Origin: Flavobacteriales bacterium
GTDB taxonomy: Bacteria > Bacteroidota > Bacteroidia > Flavobacteriales_F > PHOS-HE28
Assembly: GCA_017987895.1 (NCBI GenBank)
Contig: JAGNSU010000001.1
Span: forward strand, 48,606 to 112,605
Length of the DNA: 64,000 bases
Direction of reading: 5' to 3'
Shown: positions 29,735 to 36,289 of the stretch, piece by piece
Numbering within the stretch: the stretch's first letter is position 1
How the letters are laid out: the number at the start of each line of letters is the position of its first letter
Notes under the pieces: generated by a model
Databases searched by the model: none
Told to the model about the DNA's origin: nothing
What the model saw: the letters and a program-made list of their open reading frames with translations, nothing else
Program-made: the position numbers and the translations under genes

Positions 29735-29760
29735 GGCAACTACATACCAGTTGGGACAGG
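29735..29760. repeat. terminal inverted repeat, left (GGCAACTACATACCAGTTGGGACAGG)
   Basis: Exact reverse complement of 34284-34309. Confidence 0.9.
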
Positions 29761-30017
29761 GGTAAGAACGTGCTTTGGCGGCAAGCCCATTTGGCTTTTT
29801 AGGTGGTGTCCGCCTTGCCCGCCATTGCCCAAGGGATGGGGCTCCCCCGGCAGGCTCAAAAGGCGTCCTGCCAGTGCCCTACTTCACGGGGTGTGGGTGG
29901 TGGTCACTATCGAAAGAGCGGAGTGAAGATACCCCCTCCTTGGTCGGGGAGAAATACCCCCTAGTGAATTACCTCGCTTAACGGTTTATTTGCATTGGAA
30001 CCAATTCTATCATCATC

Positions 30018-30623
30018 ATGGAAGTAACTTCAGAGGTAATCGTCGTCAGTATTGTCACGAGCGTGATCGCGTCGGCGATCTTCTTTGTGATCATGTACTT
30101 CCTGCGGCCTACGATGCGGGTGTCCGATCAAATAGCCGAGCACATCAATGAAGAGGGCCGAAAGGTTTATTCCATCAAGGTCTATAACAGCAACCTTGTC
30201 AGGGCGGTTAGTGTAGAGGTAGAGGGCCTTATCATCCGAAGGATACCTAAGGACACGGACATCCTTTTGAAGGCCACGAACCTATCCTTCACACGTGATC
30301 GGATGTTCAAGCTTACCGGCTGGTGGCCCTGGGACAAGGAGTCGAAATACGCGTGGCGGCTCTCAATAATTGATGATGTTCGCACGTTGTGGAGCGATGG
30401 GCAGCAGTACATTGAAATAGTGGTGACCGCCCGGCACCCGTGGAGCGGGTCGACGCGGTGGTTCATCAAGCGGTTCTACAATGGGGACGACACCTTGATC
30501 ACTGGCGAATTTGACGGGGGAACTAGCATGGTAATCCGGAGAAAGGCGCTAGGCGCCTATGCCTCAGCACCTTATCCCCCTCAAAACCCTATCCCACCCT
30601 ATGGAGCGGCCCCGCTACTCTGA
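30018..30623 (+). CDS. hypothetical membrane-anchored protein (transposon cargo)
   Basis: 201 aa. N-terminal TM helix VIVVSIVTSVIASAIFFVIMYFL followed by a ~150-aa Trp-rich domain and a Pro-rich tail. I recognise no family. Codon usage is AT-shifted. Confidence 0.6.
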   Translation: MEVTSEVIVVSIVTSVIASAIFFVIMYFLRPTMRVSDQIAEHINEEGRKVYSIKVYNSNLVRAVSVEVEGLIIRRIPKDTDILLKATNLSFTRDRMFKLTGWWPWDKESKYAWRLSIIDDVRTLWSDGQQYIEIVVTARHPWSGSTRWFIKRFYNGDDTLITGEFDGGTSMVIRRKALGAYASAPYPPQNPIPPYGAAPLL

Positions 30624-30799
30624 ACACCCCGCTGTGGACGCTTGCCAGTGGCACGCTATTCGTCCTAATTTGGTGGGTGTCACCTTTGTCACCTAAGGTT
30701 CGTACAATTGCAACCCATATACACCCTGAGCATCATGGCTAAGAATCATAAGGACATCGAGTTCCTCTAGCAGGGACGCGGAAACCGGAAACTCTCGGA

Positions 30800-30830
30800 G
30801 GGGGCCCCATAAGGGCCCTTTTCCGTTTCA
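30800..30830 (+). terminator. hairpin plus T-tract (candidate intrinsic terminator)
   Basis: GGGCCC stem, CATAA loop, GGGCCC stem, followed by TTTTCCGTTTC. Confidence 0.45.
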
Positions 30831-31136
30831 AGGCGCGGGGTGTCGATTCCACGTACCGCCCTCCCGCATCCACATTCCCACCTCAGCTGAGGTCGTCACT
30901 TCCAGTTCTCGGGTCGATAACGGTCTTCGACATCGGCTGGGGGTGCGAACAGGATCCATGATCCGCGCCCATACCCATCGGAGCACCTTCACCGCTTAGC
31001 TTTCTTGGCTGCCTTCTTTCGCTTGGCCTTTGGCGGTTTCACCGCCTTGGTCATGGCAACACGAAGCACCCCGTCAAGGGTGCCGTGGATCTTCAGAGGC
31101 TGTTCCTTCTTTGCCATGGATCGAAGGTAGCGCCGC

Positions 31137-32069
31137 TCACTTTCCGATCAGTGCGCGGTAGGTGAGGCGGCGACCATCGGCGTTGAACACGGCGATGTTG
31201 AACTTGTCTTGCTGGCACACTTGGCGTTCGTTGAAACGGAAAGCGTATTCGTTGCAGTAACGGTGCAAGTGTTTCGGGCTCACTTGGTGGTAGATCCCGT
31301 TGATCCCCCTCTTCAACAAGGACCAAAAATTCTCGATCCCGTTGGTGTGTGCGTTGCCCTTCACGTATTCACCGGCCGCGTGTTTCACGGTTTGGTGCGC
31401 GTAGGTGCGGCTAAGACCACGGTAGGCCAAGTGTTCGTCGGTGTTGATAGTGGTGCCGATCGCCACATGCGCCCGCATTACGGGCTGGATCGTGGTCTGC
31501 TTGCTGTCGGCAATGGGACGCACCACCACGCGACCGCCACGCTCCAAAATCCCCAGGACAGCGGCCTTGCCCTTCCCGCCCTGGGTGCCTTCGGTACGCT
31601 TGTTCGCGTGCTTGTTCTTTTCAGCGCCGCCGATATATGCCTCGTCGATCTCAACGGTTCCGGTCAGCATTACCGGTTCAAACTCCTTCAGCATTTCACG
31701 GATCCGGCAGAGCAGGAACCACGCGGTCTTTTGTGTGATACCCAGGTTGCGGTGCAACTGAAGGGAGGAAACACCCTTGCTGCTATTCGCGGTCAGGTAG
31801 ATAGCTGCGAACCACACGCTCAAAGGGAGCTTGGTGTTCTCGAAGATCGTCCCGACGGTAACGCTGAACTTCTTTCCACACTCCTTAGAAGAGCACTTGT
31901 AACGCTTGCCCGCTTCGATCGAATAGGCGCCTACCGTGCCACAGAAAGGGCAGCAGGGGATACCATCTTGACCCCAGCGAAGGGAAGCAAGGTGAGCGCG
32001 GCAAGTTGCTTCGTCGGCAAAGTGCTCGTTCAGTTTGATCAGCGTCTCGAAGTTCGTCGTCGGCATCAT
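31137..32069 (-). CDS. IS1595-family transposase (zinc-ribbon + DDE)
   Basis: N-terminal CCPFCG...YKCSSKECGKKFS zinc ribbon. DDE_Tnp_IS1595 blocks EIDEAYIGG, TDEHLAY, HTNGIENFWSLLKRGINGIYHQVSPKHLHRYCNEYAFRFN. The start at MM (32069/32066) is preferred over 32105. Confidence 0.92.
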   Translation of the reverse strand: MMPTTNFETLIKLNEHFADEATCRAHLASLRWGQDGIPCCPFCGTVGAYSIEAGKRYKCSSKECGKKFSVTVGTIFENTKLPLSVWFAAIYLTANSSKGVSSLQLHRNLGITQKTAWFLLCRIREMLKEFEPVMLTGTVEIDEAYIGGAEKNKHANKRTEGTQGGKGKAAVLGILERGGRVVVRPIADSKQTTIQPVMRAHVAIGTTINTDEHLAYRGLSRTYAHQTVKHAAGEYVKGNAHTNGIENFWSLLKRGINGIYHQVSPKHLHRYCNEYAFRFNERQVCQQDKFNIAVFNADGRRLTYRALIGK

Positions 32070-32077
32070 GCACCAAA

Positions 32078-32099
32078 TGTATATACAGACGTATATACG
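32078..32099. promoter_or_regulatory. two adjacent GTATATAC palindromes (TGTATATACA, CGTATATACG), candidate operator
   Basis: Boxes at 32079-32086 and 32091-32098, between the RHH ORF stop and the transposase start. Confidence 0.4.
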
Positions 32100-32101
32100 T
32101 G

Positions 32102-32260
32102 TCAAGTATCTGACGACATTTCCTTCTCTAAAGTTTCCCGGATGAACTCAGAAACCTTTTTCCCCCGCTTTTTCGCCGCCTTCGCGATACGTGCCTTGAA
32201 CTTGGGATCGACCCGGACCAGTAGGTTCGTGTCCTTCAACGGGGGTGGTTTGATCGCCAT
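32102..32260 (-). CDS. small ribbon-helix-helix (CopG/Arc-like) protein, 52 aa, below the ORF-track cutoff
   Basis: Manual translation gives MAIKPPPLKDTNLLVRVDPKFKARIAKAAKKRGKKVSEFIRETLEKEMSSDT*. It shows a beta-strand, helix, helix pattern typical of RHH. It lies directly upstream of the transposase and in the same orientation. Confidence 0.55.
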   Translation of the reverse strand: MAIKPPPLKDTNLLVRVDPKFKARIAKAAKKRGKKVSEFIRETLEKEMSSDT

Positions 32261-32279
32261 GGGTGCAATGATAGGGCCT

Positions 32280-32287
32280 GTATATAC
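32280..32287. promoter_or_regulatory. GTATATAC palindrome, third copy
   Basis: Lies 20 nt upstream of the RHH start codon. Confidence 0.35.
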
Positions 32288-32382
32288 GTCCCCAAAGGCG
32301 CTGAAACCCCGTTTGGGAAGGGCTTAGGCCGGAAAGGCCTGCTATCATTGGTGAAAATAGTTGTGCCGGTTGCGCGTCCGTT

Positions 32383-32390
32383 GTATATAC
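32383..32390. promoter_or_regulatory. GTATATAC palindrome, fourth copy
   Basis: Overlaps TATACTTG (32386-32393), a one-mismatch match to the TAnnTTTG -7 box on the + strand. Confidence 0.35.
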
Positions 32391-32621
32391 TTGCAGCGAG
32401 CCCGGCCCCCAAACCGGGAACCGGGCTCGCTTGAAATACTGGGCTGCGTTGAGGCTGTTACTCTCGATCTAAGGCCGGGGCTGCTACCCCCGGTTGGACG
32501 GCTAATGGGACCGCCTTCGACCCGCAGCTTTTGAAATAAGGAGACCCACACCCCCTTCCCCTGCCGGGGCTAACCCGCGCGGTTCCTAGCGCCAGCATGC
32601 GGGGGCGTGAGCCAGATGATG

Positions 32622-32649
32622 AGGCCCCGCAAGGGGCCTTGTCGTTTCC
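32622..32649 (+). terminator. GNRA-looped hairpin plus T-rich tail
   Basis: AGGCCCC-GCAA-GGGGCCT followed by TGTCGTTTCC. Sits 3 nt from the stop of the convergent gene 32652-33068, so it may act in both directions. Confidence 0.45.
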
Positions 32650-32651
32650 TA

Positions 32652-33068
32652 TTAGTCCGGTATGCGCCATCGTCCGTCTTTTCCTAGTTCTACCTCTTCC
32701 CGCTTCATAAGCGCATGTAACGTTACCCGCAGCCGCAAACGCACGTCAGCGGGTTCCTTCCCGGAAAACCTTCCCAGCCGATCCGCTTCTTCGATTATCT
32801 CATCTAGGGATGCGGATTCGTGGGTTTTCAAGTAGTCCATGATGTGCTTCGTCCACCCCACGGGCTGAAGCAGGGTCTTGGCAGACCTAGCTTCTCGGAT
32901 AACGTCTAGTTCGTCATCGTCCGGGCTGAATGATGGGTCCTCGCTACGAATCACGGTAGTGAGGGCCCGCGCCGCTTCGATCTTTTCCTGACCGGAGCGA
33001 ATCAGCGCTTTCCCCTGGGCAATCAGGGCGCGCCGAAACTCAACTAGTGGCTTCAGGTCGGATTTCAT
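32652..33068 (-). CDS. hypothetical small protein with C-terminal winged-helix (HARE-HTH/Mrr_N-like) region (transposon cargo)
   Basis: The ATG at 33068 (MKSDLKPLVEF) gives 138 aa. The segment WTKHIMDYLKTHESASLDEIIEEA...TLHALMKREEVELGKDGRWRI resembles HARE-HTH-type wHTH; that assignment is an inference. Confidence 0.55.
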   Translation of the reverse strand: MKSDLKPLVEFRRALIAQGKALIRSGQEKIEAARALTTVIRSEDPSFSPDDDELDVIREARSAKTLLQPVGWTKHIMDYLKTHESASLDEIIEEADRLGRFSGKEPADVRLRLRVTLHALMKREEVELGKDGRWRIPD

Positions 33069-33521
33069 GGTGCGAATGTAGCGCGTTCTCTCGGAAAAGA
33101 GACGGATCAAACTACAAAGATTGTACACGCCGCCGTGTGGGTCATTTTGCACGCCCCACATATAGTGAACGGGCGCGCGCGAATTATGAAGTCTTTAGCA
33201 GCGGAAAAAAGACGCGTTCGAGGTGCTTTAGCTCGTGCTCACTTGTCCTTTTAAGGATCAAGGACTTTCACTACTATGCCGCCCGCCTTCCCCCGGCACC
33301 TGGTTCCTTGGAAACCCGGAAAACATTTTCTCCGAATCGTTGTATTTTCGGATTCTATCCGTAATGTTTTGTATTACACTTTGTTTTAATGTTGTAGACG
33401 TTGTTAGATCGTTGACGACAACGATACAAAGGGGCATACAACACTTTAGCGCAGTGTAGACCGCTTAAACGTGGTAGGCCCCCGATCTAGCGCAGTGCTG
33501 CTCAACGGCTAGCTTGGCGGT

Positions 33522-34229
33522 ATGACTGCTGAGGATAATGGCGAGATAGTGTTCTCTATTCTGAATCAGAATGCTCCGACCGGTGCGTGGATTAACCTCA
33601 AGGACTGGCTGGGAATTGAAGGACTAACGGACACCGCTTCAATAAAGGACGCCCTACACTATTGTGAGCACAGGGATTGGATCGAGGCCAGCCCTTCGCA
33701 CAAGGACATTCGTGTCCGGGAAGAAATGGGGCCAGTGATTCCGGGTACCAGGACCAGGCAAACGCTGATTGCCATGACGCTGGCGAATACCTCGTTCACG
33801 GCGCGCCTCACCACAAGGGGAATTGAAGAGCAGAAGGCCCGGACAGCCGCCGTGATCCAGCGCGAATTGATCGCTAAGCAGAATGATTCCTTCAGCGAGG
33901 CAATGAACCTCGCGCGAATTGGGGCAGAGGCGGCAAAGGAAAGCGCTGCCGCAACCAAGGATGCCGTTGCGCAAGCTCGCACGGCGAATGGGGTCGCGCG
34001 AACCTCCGCAATCGTTGCCATCGTCTCGGCCGTTGCCGCTATCGTTGCCGCTGTTTGGCCAATGTTCAATGCATCCGATACCAAGCAAGACAGATTGATA
34101 GTACTGCCGTTGCTATACACGCCGCACGGAACAGATAGTGACCCCACAGGGTCCAGCCCCAAGCCGTCGGCTGACTCAGTTCCTGGTCTAGCTGTCGATA
34201 CCACGCGGAAAGATTCCGCCACGCGCTAG
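33522..34229 (+). CDS. hypothetical protein: N-terminal globular domain, coiled coil, one TM helix, Pro/Ser-rich tail (transposon cargo)
   Basis: 235 aa. Ala/Lys/Glu-rich helical middle region, TM helix AIVAIVSAVAAIVAAVWPMF. I recognise no family. Confidence 0.55.
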   Translation: MTAEDNGEIVFSILNQNAPTGAWINLKDWLGIEGLTDTASIKDALHYCEHRDWIEASPSHKDIRVREEMGPVIPGTRTRQTLIAMTLANTSFTARLTTRGIEEQKARTAAVIQRELIAKQNDSFSEAMNLARIGAEAAKESAAATKDAVAQARTANGVARTSAIVAIVSAVAAIVAAVWPMFNASDTKQDRLIVLPLLYTPHGTDSDPTGSSPKPSADSVPGLAVDTTRKDSATR

Positions 34230-34283
34230 GCGCTTTCACGGCTGCCCGTATTTGAGCAACGCCGCGCTGGGTGGGCCTTCCGG

Positions 34284-34309
34284 CCTGTCCCAACTGGTAT
34301 GTAGTTGCC
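34284..34309. repeat. terminal inverted repeat, right (CCTGTCCCAACTGGTATGTAGTTGCC)
   Basis: Exact reverse complement of 29735-29760. Confidence 0.9.
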
Positions 34310-34317
34310 GGCCCGCA
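34310..34317. repeat. target-site duplication, right copy (GGCCCGCA)
   Basis: Identical to 29727-29734. Confidence 0.8.
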
Positions 34318-34514
34318 CAATGCAAGGTATTGAAAATGAGGCCTGTATCATGAGTAGGATTGAGCGATCATTAGCCGGTGACAAACGACTGTATTCGACT
34401 ACAAATGGAGAACAACCGGATCCCGCTTTCCGGCCGATGAACGTTTGCAGCGGAGTTCAACAACAACCCGAACTCCGGATAACGAAACAGTCAACCCACA
34501 AACACGGAAGACAG

Positions 34515-34874
34515 ATGAACACCATGAAGAACCTCGTGCAACTGATCGGCAACCTGGGTAACGACCCGGAAGTGAAGGAGACCGCCCAAGGGCGCAAAAT
34601 GGCCCGCCTCAGCGTGGCCACCAACGAGAGCTATACCAACAAGAGCGGTGACCGCATCACCGACACCCAGTGGCACACGGTCGTTGCGTGGGGAACCCAG
34701 GCAGAACAGGCCGCACAAATGCTGCGAAAAGGCGCCAAAGTCGCCTTACAAGGCAAGTTGGTACACCGCAGCTACGAAGGCAAGGATGGACAGAAGCGCT
34801 ACATCACGGAGGTGGTGATGAGCGAGTTCCAGGTGGTGCCCAAGAGCGAACCCGAAACCGTGAGCGCCGATTGA
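34515..34874 (+). CDS. ssb: short single-stranded DNA-binding protein (OB fold only), paralogue 1
   Basis: MNTMKNLVQLIGNLGNDPE...TQWHTVVAWG...KVALQGKLVHRSYEGKDGQKRYITEVV is a typical SSB OB fold. 119 aa with no acidic C-terminal tip. Confidence 0.8.
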   Translation: MNTMKNLVQLIGNLGNDPEVKETAQGRKMARLSVATNESYTNKSGDRITDTQWHTVVAWGTQAEQAAQMLRKGAKVALQGKLVHRSYEGKDGQKRYITEVVMSEFQVVPKSEPETVSAD

Positions 34875-34906
34875 CCCATTGCATTGAACGACTAAAAGAA
34901 AAGAAC

Positions 34907-35254
34907 ATGAATACCTTGAAGAACAAAGTGCAGCTCATCGGCTTCCTCGGCTTCGACCCGGAGGTGCGTGAGATCGCCAAAGGCCGCAAGGTGGCCCGCA
35001 TCAGCGTGGCCACGCATACCAGCCACAGGAACGAAGCAGGGGACCGTGTGACCAGTACCCAGTGGCACACGGTCGTGGCCTGGGGCCACACCGCTGAAAT
35101 GGTGGAGCGCTTGCTGCGCAAAGGCACCGGCGTGGTGCTCGAGGGCCGCCTGGTGCACCGCAGCTATCAGACCAAGGAGGGCGGAAAGCGCCAGGTGAGC
35201 GAGGTGGTCCTGAACGACTTCCAACTCCTGAGTTCCACCGCCAAGGCAGCCTGA
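34907..35254 (+). CDS. ssb: short single-stranded DNA-binding protein, paralogue 2
   Basis: MNTLKNKVQLIGFLGFDPE...TQWHTVVAWG...LEGRLVHRSYQTKEGGKRQVSEVV. 115 aa and colinear with paralogue 1. Confidence 0.8.
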   Translation: MNTLKNKVQLIGFLGFDPEVREIAKGRKVARISVATHTSHRNEAGDRVTSTQWHTVVAWGHTAEMVERLLRKGTGVVLEGRLVHRSYQTKEGGKRQVSEVVLNDFQLLSSTAKAA

Positions 35255-35279
35255 AGGGCTCCTCCCGCCGCTCTTTCGC

Positions 35280-35309
35280 AAGGGGCCGTTCCGAAAGGAG
35301 CGGCCCCTT
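35280..35309. terminator. hairpin between convergent genes
   Basis: AAGGGGCCG, a 12-nt loop, then CGGCCCCTT, directly after the ssb paralogue 2 stop. Confidence 0.45.
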
Positions 35310-35409
35310 CTGCGTTCATGACGGCAACCCGAAACGCAGGAAGGGCCACCCCCACCGGGCAGCCCCTCCGCTGTGCCAGGCCGGGTGGACACACCCGGAC
35401 CGGTCATTC

Positions 35410-35889
35410 TTAGCGCGATGCGGTAACGTTCTCTTGGGCCAAGGTCACCAGCGTGTGGTCGTAATGGACCTTCATCAGGCCGCTGCCTTTGGTGAAGGTG
35501 ATGTGACCCACCGGAGCGGCGAAGGCCAGATCGTTGTTCGGGCTCTGGGGCAGCAGTTGCACGTCGAAGCGAACGGTGCGATCGGTCTCGTCCTTGAACT
35601 TGGGGAAGCAGTTCACTGTGTTCACCTCCACCACTTTGGTGATGTAGCCGTTCTGCTTGAAGGTGAGGTGAACGCGGGTGTTCTCCTCCACGGTGATCTT
35701 GAACTTGCCATTGGCTGAGATGGCCAGGCTATCGGTGCTTCCGTCCGCGCGGTCGATCACCACCATGCCTTTGCGGTAACCGCCATCCAGCGTTTCGATC
35801 TGGCCGTGGAAGGTGATCTGCTTGCTGGCGAAGATGGCACCAGTGGCGAGGATCAGGATCGCGGTGAGGAGGAGGTTCAGGGGCTTCAT
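35410..35889 (-). CDS. secreted hypothetical protein with CarboxypepD_reg-like beta-sandwich N-terminal region
   Basis: Signal peptide MKPLNLLLTAILILATGAIFA. The segment ISANGKFKITVEENTRVHLTFKQNGYITKVVEV matches the pattern of that fold. Confidence 0.55.
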   Translation of the reverse strand: MKPLNLLLTAILILATGAIFASKQITFHGQIETLDGGYRKGMVVIDRADGSTDSLAISANGKFKITVEENTRVHLTFKQNGYITKVVEVNTVNCFPKFKDETDRTVRFDVQLLPQSPNNDLAFAAPVGHITFTKGSGLMKVHYDHTLVTLAQENVTASR

Positions 35890-36056
35890 GGCGGTGGGTT
35901 GTTGCTGTTCGACGGGTCAAAACTGCCCCGACCAGCAAGGGTTTTGAAGCCCCCCCGAGCAAGTGGCGGGGCCCGGGGAGCAAGTGGCGGGAACCGGCCC
36001 TGTCGCCTCAGAGGATCTGAGCCGCTAGGTTCATCTTCTCGCTGGCAGATGGTCTA

Positions 36057-36087
36057 TTTGCCCGTGCTGCCCGGTCTGCTACATTTG
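36057..36087 (+). promoter_or_regulatory. Bacteroidota-type promoter for tRNA-Asn (-33 TTTG, -7 TACATTTG)
   Basis: TTTG at 36057-36060, a 19-bp spacer, then TACATTTG at 36080-36087, 20 nt before the mature tRNA 5-prime end. Confidence 0.5.
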
Positions 36088-36107
36088 CGGTCCCTTTTCG
36101 GGAACCT

Positions 36108-36181
36108 TCCCTGGTAGCTCAGCTGGTTAGAGCACATGACTGTTAATCATGGGGTCGCTGGTTCAAGTCCAGCCCGGGGAG
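36108..36181 (+). tRNA. tRNA-Asn (anticodon GTT)
   Basis: Manual cloverleaf: acceptor TCCCTGG/CCGGGGA, D arm GCTC-AGCTGGTTA-GAGC, anticodon arm CATGA-CTGTTAA-TCATG, T arm GCTGG-TTCAAGT-CCAGC. CCA is not encoded. Confidence 0.9.
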
Positions 36182-36184
36182 CAG

Positions 36185-36212
36185 AGGGCCGCAGCTGCGG
36201 CCCTTTTGTTTT
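36185..36212 (+). terminator. intrinsic terminator after tRNA-Asn
   Basis: Palindrome GGGCCGCAGCTGCGGCCC followed by TTTTGTTTT. Confidence 0.7.
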
Positions 36213-36289
36213 CACCACCAGCCCTGATCGATAAACGACCACGGCAAGCCATCAGACCTTTGCGTCCTTTACTCTAGCGCCCCCCCACA

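Larger units (their letters stand above)
29735..34309 (-). mobile_element. IS1595-family transposon carrying passenger genes (4,575 bp)
   Basis: Perfect 26-bp terminal inverted repeats, 8-bp direct repeats and an internal IS1595-type transposase. GC is lower than the flanks (spot counts ~48% inside versus ~62% outside). Confidence 0.85.

Noticed and set aside
29775-29981. 68-aa plus-strand ORF just inside the left transposon end
   Set aside because: Its composition looks non-coding and no motif is present. The region contains a hairpin (GGCAGG...CCTGCC) and a direct repeat ATACCCCCT x2, which suit subterminal non-coding sequence better.
31209-32327. 372-aa plus-strand ORF across the transposase region
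   Set aside because: It is antisense to the IS1595 transposase, which has clear zinc-ribbon and DDE motifs. This ORF has none.
32345-32670. Two minus-strand ORFs (68 and 70 aa) inside the GC-rich block of the transposon
   Set aside because: They are Gly/Arg/Pro/Ser-rich with no start context or motifs. The region is better explained as structured non-coding sequence.
29681-36181. Idea that the whole 6.5-kb stretch is a tRNA-Asn-integrated genomic island
   Set aside because: There is no integrase gene. I found no direct repeat of the tRNA 3-prime end. The stretch lies on the 5-prime side of the tRNA. The low-GC part is fully accounted for by the IR/TSD-bounded transposon, and the ssb-to-tRNA segment has host-like GC.
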